DNA of 64,000 nt from Macrostomum lignano. Taxonomy: Eukaryota. The stretch is taken from assembly GCA_002269645.1 (NCBI GenBank), contig NIVC01001249.1:62001-126000 (forward strand). The letters run 5' to 3'. The position numbers and the translations under genes are program-made. Shown in pieces: positions 25,238-41,700 of this stretch. Every line of letters begins with the position of its first letter. The stretch's first letter is position 1. The notes under the pieces were generated by a model. The model searched no databases. It had not been told where the DNA came from and saw only the letters and a list, made by a program, of their open reading frames with translations.

Positions 25238-25850
25238 AATCGGGCATAAACACACGGGTGCTAGTGCTCGGAATCAGGCATAAACACACGGGTGCTAGTG
25301 CTCGGAATTGGGCATAAACACACGGGTGCTACTGCCCAGAATCGGGCATAAACACACCTCGCTTGTGCCCAAAATCGGGCATAAACACACGGGCGCTTGT
25401 GCTCGGAATCGGGCATAAACACACGGGTGCTAGTGCCCAGAATCAGGCATAAACACACGGGCGCTTGTGCTCGGAATCGGGCATAAACACACGGGTGCTA
25501 GTGCCCAGAATCAGGCATAAACACACGGGTGCTAGTGCTCGGAATCAAACAATAAACACACGGGTGCTTGTGCTTGGAATCAAACAATAAACACACGGGT
25601 GCTTGTGCTCAGAATCAAACAATAAACACACGGGTGCTTGTGCTTGGAATCAAACAATAAACACACGGGTGCTTGTGCTCAGAATCAAACAATAAACACA
25701 CGGGTGCTTGTGCTTGGAATCAAACAATAAACACACCTCGCTTGTGCTCAGAATTGGGCATAAACACACTTCGCTTGTGTTTGGAATCAAACAATAAACA
25801 CACCTCGCTTGTGCTTGGAATCAAACAATAAACACACGGGCGCTTGTGTT
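25238..25850. repeat. 34-bp minisatellite (about 18 copies, graded variants)
   Basis: Unit cggaatcgggcataaacacacgggtgctagtgct. Confidence 0.9.
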
Positions 25851-26506
25851 TCCGAATTGCAGTTTCGGAGGGTTTCAAAGCAGTCCCAAGTCAGCCATGG
25901 ACTCGGGTGCCGAATGAATTTTTGGCGTCTGCTGTCCCGCGCCCTGCCAGCCTCCCCCGCCCCCCGCTGTGCCGATTCAGCGGCTTCTCTCCGCAGGTGG
26001 TCCGTCAAAAATCCGATCTGAAATTCTGAACTGCAGCTGCGCAAACTGGTTGCCGAACAGACAGGTCCGCGTCCTCGCTTGTTAAAGATCTGACTCCCAG
26101 GAAATCTGGGAACTTCATCATACCCATTGATATTTGAACTTTCGAATGCATTACGCAGATGCTGCGTAACTATTTCGTCTGATTAAGTCCCAATATTAGT
26201 AGTTCGGAGGCTGCAAACTGTTGTTGGGGTATTTATAGGCCCTGGACGTCACAAAATGAATGCGCCTGTTTATCAAGCCGCTTGGTTGTTGGGGATAATC
26301 TCGTTTGCGTCTCCCATCATCTCGGGTGTTCAGTTCGTTATCCAATTGGGAGAATGTTTGAAAGTCAAGAAGTTGGCATCCTCTCAGAGCTGATGAAGAT
26401 GCTTTTCGGGACTGGAAAGATGCTCAAGGATGTCTCCAGATGACTGGTTGCTGGGCCAAGCTGTGTTGCTGCTGTAGAAACAGGTTGGCTACTGCGTGAA
26501 GCTTAC

Positions 26507-27288
26507 AGTGAGATTGGATTTTAGTGAGATTGGACTTTAGTGAGATTGGACTCCAGTGACATTGGATTTTAGTGAGATTGGATTTTAGTGGGATTGGACT
26601 CCAGTGAGATTGAATTTTAGTGAGATTGGATTTTAGTGGGATTGGACTCCAGTGAGATTGGATTTTAGTGAGATTGGATTTTAGTTAAATTGGATTTTAG
26701 TGAGATTGGATTTTAGTGGGATTGGACTCCAGTGAGATTGGATTTTAGTGAGATTGGACTCCAGTGAGATTGGATTTTAGTGAGATTGAATTTTAGTAAG
26801 ATTGGATTTTAGTGAGATTGGACTCCAGTGAGATTGGATTTCAGTGAGATTAGACTCCAGTGAGATTAGACTCTAGTGAGATTAGACTCCAGTGAGATTA
26901 GACTCTAGTGAGATTGGACTCCAGTGAGATTAGACTCCAGTGAGATAGGGTTTCAGTGAGATTGGACTCTAGTGAGATTGGACTCCAGTGAGATCGGACT
27001 CCAGAGAGATTAGACTCCAGTGAGATTAGACTCCAGTGAGATTAGACTCCAGAGAGATTAGACTCCAGAGAGATTAGACTCTAGTGAGATTGGACTCCAG
27101 TGAGATTGGATTTCAGTGAGATTGGACTCTAGTGAGATTGGACTCCAGTGAGATTGGACTCCAGTGAGATTAGACTCCAGTGAGATTGGACTCCAGTAAG
27201 ATTGGACTCCAGTGAGATCGGACTCCAGAGAGATTAGACTCTAGTGAGATTGGACTTCAGTGAGATTGGATTTCATTAAGATTGGACT
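26507..27288. repeat. 16-bp minisatellite (about 48 copies)
   Basis: Units agtgagattggactcc / agtgagattggatttt. Confidence 0.92.
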
Positions 27289-27861
27289 AATCGTGCCATC
27301 GGTTTCTGAGCTGAGTTTTCTCTGATCTGCTTTGCTCTCCTGGAACCGTTTGCTCAAACAATGGCAAATAATTACCGATCAAACGCTTCAGGAGGAAACT
27401 CTGGTTTGGCAGCAGGGTGCGGCGTAAGATAGGGGAGGGGAAAAGTATATCGCGTGAGTTCAGAGGCCTAATCCTCTAGCTCTTCAGATTGACAAATTAG
27501 ATCGTTTGGCTGAGCAGATAGGCAAGAATGCCCCCTATGGCCCCTGAGACACATAGTAAAACTCCAACTAACGTCTTCAAGTCCTCAAGTGAGTGTCAGT
27601 TTAGTTGGCCGAGCGGCTCTCGAGGAGCTCTCAGTGAGTGTCGCACAGTGTTGAGCTGTTGCGGCAGCTGCTGCTGGTTTCTAAGCCGCCTTCCTGCCCC
27701 GAGCTCTGGCAGCCAAGAGGGGGTGCAGGCAGAGTGTGCCGTGACTTACTCGCGGGGGCAGTGAACTACCAAGGAGACTCACAACCAAAATCTGGAGTAG
27801 CAACTCCCTATATTGAGACAACTGTAGGCTGACTGTAGGCTGTAGGCTGAACTGTAGGCTG

Positions 27862-28890
27862 AGGAGAGGAGAGGAGAGGAGAGAAGAGGAGAGGAGAGGA
27901 GAGGAGAAGAGAGGAGAGTAGAGAAGAGAAGAGGAGAGAAGAGAATAGAAGAGAGGAGAGGAGAGGAGAGAAGAGAAGAGGAGAGAAGAGAAGAGGAGAA
28001 GAGAAGACAGGAGAGGAGAGGAGAGGAGAGGAGAGGAGAGGAGAGAAGAGGAGAGAAGAGAAGAGAAGAGGAGAAGAGAAGAGAGGAGAGGAGAGTAGAG
28101 GACAGGAGAGGAGAGGAGAGGAGAGGAGAGGAGAGAAGAGGAGAGAAGAGAAGAGGAGAAGAGAAGAGAGGAGAAGAGAGGAGAGGAGAGGAGAGGAGAG
28201 GAGAAGAGAGGAGAGGAGAGGAGAGGAGAGGAGAGGAGAGGAGAGGAGATGAGAGGAGAGGAGAGGAGAGGAGAGGAGAGGAGAGAAGAGGAGAAGAGAA
28301 GAGAGGAGAAGAGAGGAGAGGAGAGGAGAGGAGAGGAGAAGAGAGGAGAGGAGAGGAGAGAAGAGAAGAGGAGAGGAGAGGAGAGGAGAGGAGAGGAGAG
28401 GAGAGGAGAGGAGAGGAGAGGAGAGGAGAGGAGAGGAGAGGAGAGGAGAGGAGAGGAGAGGAGAGGAGATGAGAGGAGAGGAGAGGAGAGGAGAGGAGAG
28501 GAGAGGAGAGGAGAGGAGAGGAGAGGAGAGGAGAGGAAAGGAGAGGAGAGGAGATGAGAGGAGAGGAGAGGAGAGGAGATGAGAGGAGAGGAGATGAGAG
28601 GAGAGGAGAGGAGAGGAGAGGAGAGGAGAGGAGAGGAGAGGAGAGGAAAGGAGAGGAGAGGAGATGAGAGGAGAGGAGAGGAGAGGAGATGAGAGGAGAG
28701 GAGATGAGAGGAGAGGAGAGGAGAGGAGAGGAGAGGAGAGGAGAGGAGAGGAGAGGAGAGGAGAGGAGAGAAAGAGAAAAGAGGAGATTAGAGAAGAGAG
28801 TTGAGAAGAGACACAAGCCCTGAGCGGGCCGTTTTGCTATTGTGAAGTTTCAAAGGATCCGAGGGCCGGATAAAGAGGCTGGAGTTTGTC
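27862..28890. repeat. (GAGAG)n pentamer expansion within a hAT-MITE relic
   Basis: About 900 bp of gagga units followed by ccctgagcgggccg..gtgaagtttcaaaggatccgagggccgga, the MITE core. Confidence 0.85.
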
Positions 28891-29404
28891 GAACTCTGAT
28901 ATAACTAGTTTCATTTTGTGTGTATATTCAAAACTCCATTCTGTCATTACCACACCTGTCTATCACTAGTGTGTAAAAAAAGCCTAAGAAAAGTCAGAAA
29001 AGAATTGTCAGAAAATTGGGAGTTGCTTACTCCAAGTTTTGGTTGTGGTGGGTCTCCATGTAGGGACTCACTTGGCCTTGGGGGGGGGGGGGGTTGGTGA
29101 TTCGGCCAGCAGCTGAAGTCGAGTGGCCCAGCACTGCAGCAGGTGGCCACCGACTCGGCGGCGTTCAATTTGGCAGAGTGGCGCTGCGGACCTCAACTGG
29201 CTAAAAGAAGATCTGCAGTTGGAGGAGCCGCCCCACTCCTTGGCAGAGCAGAGACCAGTTGGCAGGCAATGAAATTAAATGAAATTCTGAGCTAGGGCCG
29301 GGGCTGACTACTCAACTGAGCTGAGATTCAAAAAATAATATTATTTTATTCATAAAATATTCAAACTAAAATTTAGAGCGAGCTCTTGAAAGGAAGAATC
29401 TTAA

Positions 29405-29647
29405 ATTTCCCAGAAACAGCTGAATGCAGTCCCTCATTTCCCAATCGGAACAGCTGGATGCAGTCCCTCATTTCCCAATTGGAACAGCTGGATGCAGTCC
29501 CTCATTTCCCAATTGGAACAGCTGGATGCAGTCCCTCATTTCCCAATTGGAACAGCTGGATGCAGTCCCTCATTTCCCAATTGGAACAGCTGGATGCAGT
29601 CCCTCATTTCCCAATTGGAACAGCTGGATGCAGTCCCTCATTTCCCC
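29405..29647. repeat. 34-bp minisatellite (about 7 copies)
   Basis: Unit ggaacagctggatgcagtccctcatttcccaatt. Confidence 0.92.
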
Positions 29648-30313
29648 TTTCAAACAAATTTTTTGAGCGTCTCTCAATGGAACCTCAAAAAGGGTTTAAT
29701 TTTTAAAAAAAGTACACCTTGTTCCTACTCTGTAACAAAGTGTTCAGGATGCAAAGAAAAAATTCAATAAGGAAGTCCGGGGATGCAGCGATGCCAAGCC
29801 AAATTTTTCTGGAAGATGTCGGAGGGAAGATACGAATGGAGAGGCTGGATCGAGAGACTTAGGGATTAGGTGAGGCACAGAACTGCAGGTGTACGAAATC
29901 ATATCCGGAGAGCTTCATCGTTATCGCAAAGAAGCTGGCTTTCCCTTGCGCAGAATTCACCCCTTAACTTTATTCTGCACCTTTTCGACAGGCATCACCT
30001 CCTAGTGAGGCAGGGATATATCTCCCGTTCCGATTCCACTTTCTCCTGTTACACCTGATTGCCCACCTGCACAAATCTAGGATTGGCCTGGGTTTGCCTT
30101 ATTGTCATGCGAAACAGCTGGCTTGTAGTCTAAGAAACTGAGAAAAACCATGATTCGCAGTTGATTCAATCCAAACCAGAAATTTATTTCTCTTCTGTCT
30201 CGAATTCTAGGTTTAGGAGGCTCAAATATGAGCATATTTCGTTTTCGGTTGAGGAGGGGGTTTAATACTAGCGCGTTTCTTTAAAAATTGTGATTTTTTG
30301 TAACGTTTGAATT

Positions 30314-32678
<2,365 letters not shown>

Positions 32679-32746
32679 TATGCCTCATTCATCAGTAAAT
32701 GTACGAGTACTGCAGGCCTGGTTCTTTGCTCTTCCAGAACAGAGAG

Positions 32747-35700
32747 ATGGCGGCCCTATCTCCGCTGCTCCTGCGACTGTTGCTGCTTCCGCAATTGCTG
32801 GTTTGTCTCCTCGGCCCAACTCGCTCTGAATCGCAGAGAGCGCTTCGCAAAATAGCCTTGAACTATATCTGCCTGGAGAAAGACTCGCGCCAGGCAAGCA
32901 ACGCATTTTCAATCCGACTGAACGAGATCCAGACCCGATTGTCCAGCAAGCAGAAGGCCAACGATGAGGCTTTCGAGTTTCTGCTGCACGAATTTGCCAT
33001 AGAACCCAAATTTCCAGAGCCGCCGAGCAAAATCCTCGGATGGGTTTTAAAAAGCCTCAAAGTGGACGACGGCAAATTTGGGAACGCGGTGGTGGTCACG
33101 TCTACTCATCCGCAGCAACTGGGCACGAAGCGACTGCTGATGACGGTCAATTACTTCCTGTTGAACATCAACTCTCTTGGCATTCCCGCGTTTACATACC
33201 TGGCTAACGCCGTGGGACAGCTTGAAGTGAGTGCAGTTAACGTGGCCTAAGGAACGAGGTGTCGAGTCGATTCGAGTTAGTTTAGATGCCATATTACAGT
33301 GCATCTATCAATAAGTCAATAAATGCCTACATAGCTATTGCAGATGTCATGTTTGGCTATTTAACAGTGCCAGTGGAAATTTAAGATACCCACCCTGTTC
33401 AGGTGTCTTAATTTATACTCGTAGCTTGTAGTCAAGAACTTCTGGCCCAAGTGTGTCTATTAAAATGTTCATTAAAAATTGACCTAACGCAGGTATCAGA
33501 CAACCAACTAGTTATAAGAAATTCTGCTTGGAAAAACCGCTGCAAAGCTCGCACCATCGCACTGTTTTTTTTTTAGCAACCGGCAGTTAATCATGAAACG
33601 GTATAAACCTGCATGGAGTTTGTTTGTTTCTAATTGAATCCCATATTCCGGCGTTTTTTATTATCGGCATGTTGCATGTTTAATTTGCTTAGCTACAAAG
33701 AGTCTAAGTAGACATCATAGAAATTCCGGTTATTGCAAAAATTTCATGTTCTGCAATTCACCCAACTACTTGCCATCTCAGAAGATTTTTTGCACTTTAA
33801 TCTTTACTAACACACGAGTGAGGGCAAGCTGCCAAATGAGCGTCTGCTGACTGACAAAACTTGGCACTAATAGTTGCAAAATATTTTAAACACACCTTGA
33901 AAAAAATTTTTACTGGAGTTTGCTAGGGAGTACATGGCGAAGGTAGGTAGGTAGATGAGTAGAGGCGTGAGTTGGGTGAAAGGGTGAGATGGGCTGACAA
34001 GTGAGTTAAGCAGATTAAGACGGAATATCTGTAGATTTTCAAGTATCTCAGGTATTTTTATTGAACGCACTAAATATAGCTAATCTACCTACGTTATAAA
34101 ACTTTCGAAAAACAATTGTAGTCGGAAAAAGACAGCCTCTGCCTGCGTCTTGAGCCCTCCACCTGGCACGTCGCTCAGGCATTCAGTGACTTTCTTCAAG
34201 AGTTCAACTGGGAGAAGGCGACCCTGATTGTGTCAGAGAACCTGCCCGGCCACGCTGAAATGATTCAGCACATGAAAGAGTCGGCGGAGTCTTCGCAGCG
34301 ACTCACTGACTCGAGCGCTTTCAAGTGAGGAGTCGTAATCGTATTTTCATTTGCCTAGCTGCCACGTATTGGCGAGCCCATTACGACCCCAGCTTGAGCC
34401 ATAGACTAATCTAGCCAATGACCATGGATAAGCTGCCATTTTCTGCCAAAATATTCACCCTGTATCAACTCAGCAGCCGGCGAGCAGGCAGAGAGTAAGA
34501 CAGAGAATTCAGGTCAACTGCCATCCAACGTGAAGTCGCTGACAGAAACTTGGCTCAAGCAGCGAACGCTACAATGGAATAGCATCGCATGTCAGTGCTC
34601 TAGCCAGAGGTGACGGCCTCGATGAAATTCATCACCCAGCAGAAGTGCATTCAGCTGGTGAACCATATTCAAACGTACATCCAGTTGTGTCTAGAGCTGG
34701 TCGACATCTTTCACTGAATAACATCCAAATGACCTCTCTCTTCGTGTGTGTTCGTACTGTTCAGTTCATTCACTCCTAAATTGATTCTAAATAAAAAGTC
34801 TTCTCCAGCAAACTAGGTCGCAGTTTTGGCAAAATAAACTACGGTTTTTAGAGATTAGATCGCAAAAAGATATAGCACCGGTATAGTACCGACTTTTGTT
34901 GACAAATGCTCCTCTTTATTACAGGTTTGAAATCACCAGGGTGCTGAAGTTTCCCGGAATCAATAAATTAAGCGAAGTTCGAACTTGCCCAGAAGACAGT
35001 CGCTGCATCTGGCGATACAAATCAATTTTGAGACAGCTATACAACACAGAGGAGCGAATTTTCATTTTATACGGCGTGAGGTGAGACGTCCCCAAATTAT
35101 TCAATTAAAACCACATTCAGTAGTTCACATAGTGCCACTCGATGCTTCCATTCTCTCAGCTCTGATCTCATGCTGCTCTACAAAGCGGCCAAGGACACCG
35201 GGCTGCTGCACCTGTTTGGCAACGAATACGTCTGGCTAGTTTCTCCGCCTGCCATCGTTAGTCCGTCGGAAAATATCAAGGACGGCTTCACCACTGGCTT
35301 GGAGAAGGAGCACCTGCCGGGCTTGTTCGGTATGGACTGATTAGCGCTAGACTCGCAAGTATCCAATAACTAGTAAATGCTTTCTAAACAATAATCTGAT
35401 TTCACGACAGGCTTCTACTACACGCCCGACATCAGCAAGGCTGCAGAAGCGGCCGCCTATGTGTGGTACGAGGCGATGCGCAAGTACAAGGGCCAGCTGC
35501 TCAATTCTAGCAGATTAGACGAGTCAACCGTCTTGGGGCGACTGCATCCCAATTTCACGTATAAGCATAGCGATTATCGCAGACAGTTCTGGGAGTACGG
35601 GAAGCACATAACAAAGTAAGTATCTAAATACCTGCTACTACTTCTTACTACAGCTTGTCTGTCTTCGGTTGATCTTTGCTTCATTTGGTGTAAAATTCTT

Positions 35701-38700
35701 TGAGCGCTCTAACGAAATACCGAAACACCAAACATTAATAGTCCATATTGAATGAAGTTTGTAAGAGTAAGTTGACAAATATTTTCAGATTGGCCAAGAC
35801 TGCAGGCCACTGCTATAGGTGCGACGATATCGAACGCAGAGAGTACATTGGATTCAACAGCAATGGTGTGATTAACACCACACAGTTTGTTCTGGTAAAC
35901 AGCCAAATTAAGAAAAATCAAACTCGCTGGTTTCCGGTGGGCAGTTGGAGCATGAGCAGCCGGCACGAGTCGCCCAGTCGCACCAGCTTCAGAATCGACA
36001 GCGTCATCTGGCCGGGATATTCGAAGACGCCACCGATCGGCCGGCCGAAGAAGTATCTCATGCGAGTGGCCACTCTCGAGGAGGACCCGTTCATCACTTA
36101 CAGACCGCTAGAGGCGGACGGCCGCTGTGGCGAGACGTCGCTGAAATGTCGCGTAGTAATGAGCAATGCTAGCGAGTTTCATTGGTCGAACGCTGACAAT
36201 ATCACTAAGCTGGACGGATCTGGCCGCTACCAATTCAACTGCTGCTCCGGCCTGTCTATTGACCTACTCAGAGAGCTGATGAAGGACCTGGACTTCGACG
36301 TGGATCTGTTTGAGGTGCCGGACAAAAAGTGGGGCGGCTGGACGGTAAGTAAACTTTAATAAAAGTGCCTTGAAATTCCAAACGTGCATAGCTTGAAAGA
36401 TTAGGGATGCGGTTCTTCTACTTACTAAATTTGCTCTAAATTTAAAATCTAATAAAATATCAAAGGAAATAATGGCCCGTCCTAGAGAGAGCATCTTTGT
36501 ACCTTACTTCCTCGAAAAATACTACAGGAAAACAAAACTATTCCGTGAGATTTTAACACCAAAACAACCAATTACGAGCACTTTTAACCTTGCCCTTAGA
36601 AACATCTGAAACTTGTCGCTCTTAACATACGCATTTTCGATTAAACAAACTTCTGTACAGGCGCAGGGTTGGAATGGGCTGGTCCGCGTTCTGTTGGAGG
36701 GCAAGGCTGACATGGTGCTGACTGCACTGAAGATCACACCGAATAGGAGCGAGCAGATCGAGTTCAGCGTGCCCTACCAACGCACCGGCATCACCATCTT
36801 GGTAGCGCTGAGAGAGGGCGCGATCTCCACTAGGGCTTTTCTCAGTGAGTTTCAAAAACAGAACCAAACTGTGGAATGGTACAATGCTTCTGTCTTAATT
36901 CTTGAGACTGGAGCGTATACTGACTGTCAACCACTGTTGCAGAGCCGTACGACTATCCATCCTGGTGTTTAATCCTGGTGTTCTCCGTGCACGCGTGCGG
37001 AGCAGCTCTGTTTCTGTTTGAGTGGCTCAGCCCCCAGGGCCTCGACAGAGGCAACGTGCCGCCCAGAGGTGAGTGATGACTTCTTATTGGAGTTCAAGCG
37101 TCGAGCAGTACTGCCGATTAAAAGACTATATAAATAATTTCGCGCTGTCAATCAAAAATGAAGCTCTCTACAACAGAAACCAATTTCTAAGCTACAATAC
37201 CAATGCCATCTCACCACATCTGCTTCTCAAGCACCGATATTCGACACACAACCTCTGATCCAACTACCTAATCATCAATACCACCATTTCTGCACAAATC
37301 CTACAATAATAGCAGTTTCGAAACCAATCCGCGAAACACTCTGTCAGAGCACAAGTTCAGCCTGTTTCGTTCCCTATGGCTCATCTGGTCAATGCTGTTC
37401 GGCGCCGCGGTGAACGCCGACAATCCCCGCGGCGTAGCTAGCCGTTTCCTTGGCAACATCTGGGCTCTATTCGCCCTGGTATTCCTGGCTTCCTACACGG
37501 CCAACCTGGCGGCATTTATGATAGCTGAAGAGTCATACTACGACCTGTCTGGCATCAATGACTGGCGTCTGATGGAGCCTGGCATGCACAGACCGCCATT
37601 CCGATTCGCCACTGTGCCGTCCGGAGCCACCGAGGAGAATGTGAAGATGAACTTTCCGCAAATGGCCGAATACATGCGAAACTACAGCAAGAGCAACTTG
37701 GACGAGGGTATAAAGGCGCTGAAGAACCAGTGAGTGATTTATTTTTGTTTGTTTGGTATCCACGTATATGGTCCGCAAACTTCTTTATCTAAAGAGCTCA
37801 AGGTTGCAAAGGAGAGAGGAAAGGAAAGGGAATAGAGGAGATACTAGAAAAAGAGGAGACGAGAGATGAGAGAGGGAAGAGGAGAGAGGAGAGAGATGAG
37901 AAGAGCCATAAACCCTGAGCCGATCGCTATTGTTAAGTTTTAAGGCCCGATGGATGGAGCTGGATAGAGATGCTTCGCATGGGTTGGATGTGGCCCGCGA
38001 CGAGGGAGTTTGTGGACCCCTGTCAGGTATTTTTAATGAAAGCCAGAGTTGTTGTTATGGGACGGTTACGGCTTGTGAAGGGTGAGTTGGTGCAACAAGG
38101 AGCCCAAACTCGAGGTGAACTCCAGTTCGTGGGACAGAAATGAGAGCGGGCATACCCAAAATTGAGTGGAATGCAATTAGTTCAGCAGTATTGGCCGTTA
38201 TGAAGCGGAGAGGCGCTCCAACGTGCTCTGTGACAGTAGGATGCAACAGTATCCTAAGCTCGTAATTGGATGAAAGTTCGATTTCCCAGGATCAGCTGCC
38301 GTCGAGCCGCCGCGCTGTATGCATGCATAACTGTCATTCGTATTTCGTAAATGCAGGAACTACGAGTAGTTCTGGCTACTATATTATTATGCATAAAAAT
38401 TGGAAACGTCCCTGAGCATAGCCAGCTATAGCTATGAGCCCATGCATGCTTCAAAGTCCCACACATTTGAGAGGATTTCTGCTTTCAGAGGGGCCGAATA
38501 AAATCCCCATCTGGTATCCCATCCCATTTTATCCCTCTTTGATTGCAAAGCTTTTCGGGTGTTTATTTTGACGTATCTATTTCGGATTGTGAAGCTCTCG
38601 GACACAGATGTCCATCCTAGCCCCGTGACTGTTTCTACATGTGGGCCTCGCCCCGCGACTCGTCAAGTTCAATTAAATGCATCTCTAAATATGATAAAAC

Positions 38701-41700
38701 CGCTTAAAAATGAAATCAAACATTTGCAGCGAAATTGACGCCTTCATCTACGACGCAACTGTACTGCAGTACCGGGTCGGGAAAGACAAAGACTGCAAGC
38801 TGAAAACTGTTGGTAACTGGTACTCAATGACTGGCTACGGAGTCGGTTTTCCCAAAGGCTCTGAGTGGAAGCCCGACATCGACAGTCAGATTCTTATCTA
38901 CAGAAAGAACGGTGCGTGCTTCGCTGCCTAAGCAGAGGTCGGGTAGACTCGCAGATAAAACCAACTTATGTTGAGAGGTGGCAAATTAAGCTCGGTGGTA
39001 ACACGTTTTACTCTCTATAAAAGCATCAGAGTACCAAAGTTGGCTTTGGTCTTGTCGCGAAAGTCATGCACATGAAGGCAGAACCATGGCACAATGTTGT
39101 GCATGCGTTCCTCCTTACTGGTTGCGGGTCGACTGATCTATAGTAAGGCTAGTAGTTGTCAAAAAATTCACCCGTCGAGCTAACTATAAAATAAAAACAA
39201 AAACTTAATTTTTTAGGCCTGCTGGAGCGCTGGAGCAAATACTGGTTCACGGGCGCCTGTCAGCAGAGCGGCCGTCTGCGAAACTCCAACCAGACGTTGG
39301 GCGTGAAAAACTTCATCAGCGCGTTCATCCTGTTGATCGGCGGGATGCTTCTGTGTTGCCTGCTGCTATTGCTGGAGCACTGGTTCTACCGCTACATGCG
39401 GCCTAGACTGAAGGATTTCGACAAGTACGGCTGCTGCGGGCTAGTGTCTATAGTGAGTAAAAAATGACCTATTCTGGTCCTTTGTTCCTACCCTTCAACT
39501 TTCACTAGTCTTTGTTTAATTTACATGTAAGATTTTTAGACTATCGCAACTTGTGGTGCAACTAGCCCGCAAACTATTTGGATGTTTGCTGATACAATAT
39601 TTTCCTTCGTATTCAAAGCGCATGTCTGCTTTTGCTCATTGCTCCCGCGCAGACAGGCTAGAAAGGTCCGGAGAGAGACAAAATTCACAAATTTTAACAC
39701 GTAATTATTCCCAAGCCGGAAGAATTCGCGGCAACAGTCGCCTTGGCAATATCTGGGTCCGAAAAAGGATGAGAGCCGGCTGCAGTTTCACTGGCTTTTC
39801 CCTGAGCTGCAGCGGATGGAGGCCCGGTCGCTGGGGAATATGCGCTTCCAGGTTGGCAGTCTCATTAGCATAACCAGCAGTTCCGCATCCCACCGTGTCA
39901 CTACTTGCACTCTCGCCCTCCCCGCCACTGTCCCGCCCAGTCACTCCGCCCGAGCCTTTCCTTTCGGGCATAAGAGGCGGGGCGACCATGCAGCAGGAGG
40001 CGAGCTCAGGGCGGGAGCGACGCTAGAGGGCTCATAAATTTAATGCTGCCTGCTTTTGAGGTCAGCTGGATAATTGGGAAGAGAAAAAGACCGACTGGCA
40101 GGCAGTTCGAGGGGCGGGGGTGAGCAGCATTCCCGTGATGCAAGCTACATCTCATGGGAGGGAGTGGCAGTGTGTTTGCCTGAACATCCCGAATGAAGTC
40201 GCAGTTCCGGAGACAGGCGCAGCTGCAGCCCAGGCTTTAAAATAGGCCCTGTTCTCCCTTTCCCATGCGCCATGTCCATCAAGAGGCCTCGAAAGCCAAG
40301 ACAAACCAGTTTCACCGCCTGCTCAGGTGGCGCAGATGGCCCAAGCCATATCGAGTTTATTGTCGAAATAATTCAAACAAATTTCATTTGAGGGCACATG
40401 GCACTATATAAGCACACCTTTGACTTTGGATTTTAATGCGGAATTTATTCGCTGGGTGCCAGTTTTATAAAGCGGTGTGAAAAAAACGGTAGTAAAATCA
40501 GATGAATATAGCGGTATGCTGAATATTTTTATTTTAATAATACCATTATATATTAATCAAGAATATATCAATAATTAATAATTATTAAGAGGTCGTAGCT
40601 CAGTGGTTAGAGCGTCGGACTCACGACGTGAAGGTCGGGGGTTCGATTCTCGATCCTACTGGAAAATTTGTGTCCTTGAGCAAGACGCTTAAATCTGCAT
40701 TGCTTCAGTTCACCCCGTTGTAAAATGGGTGCCAGCATTAGCTGGGGTAATTGAGGGTGTGTGGCGACCCCCCAGTCCTTGGACTGAACAGCCGTACGCA
40801 GCCTTCAGATGCGCCGCGCAATAGCTGCGGCTGAGCTGTCGGTTGCAAAACTGCCCATTAGGGCAGGTGTAATCAATTATTATTATTTTAATACCATTAA
40901 AGTATAGCTAATAGTAGGTAACTAATGCATTATCAATCGGTTCCTGAAGTGTGCCAATGAACTAGACTCGTTAATGTATAGTTATTCCCGCAAAGATATT
41001 CAATCTGATTTAAATAAATAGCCAAACAAATCAGTCTATTCCCGGTCACTTTTACAGAGTATGGGCCAGCTATTGTCATTTGAGCAGTCAGTGAACCAAA
41101 CCGTAGACCTGATGAAGCACCACAAATGCAAGAATCCAATTTGCGAGACTCAGCAATGGAAACTTCGACACGAGTTGGAGACTTCCAGACGGCGGCTGCA
41201 GAAGCTTGAGACCCTGCTGATGATGCAGCAGCAGCAGCAGCAACAGCATCAACATCAGCCAGGGGGTTGCGTCACCTGGGCTGATCAGCAGTCGCCTGTA
41301 CAATGCGGCAGCGGTGGTCTGAATGGTTCGAGCCGGAGACGCAAGGGCGAGCCTGCTGGTGGCGGCGGCGGCGGCTACCTGGAGATTTCCGCTAACAGGT
41401 CTGCTGACTTCCGATAATAATTTCTTTTCTTTCAATTAACTTTTCTAGAAACTGAATTTCCAGATAAGATATCATAAAAATATCGTACTACTTCCTTTTG
41501 AAGAATTAAAAAAATTGAACTTGCTTATGGCAGGAGTCGGCAAACTTTTTTTACCTTAAGGGCCAGATATTGAACGTAATGACTGTGGGCCGGAGGAGGG
41601 AAGAGAGGAGAGGGAATAAAGAAGAAAAAGGGAAATAAGAGAAAGGAGAGGCGAGAGAATAAAGGAGAAGAAAGAAGAGAGGAGAGAAGAGCACTGAGAA

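Noticed and set aside
40591-40665. Possible tRNA gene
   Set aside because: The anticodon and acceptor stems do not pair, and the sequence continues into a SINE body that has a second copy.
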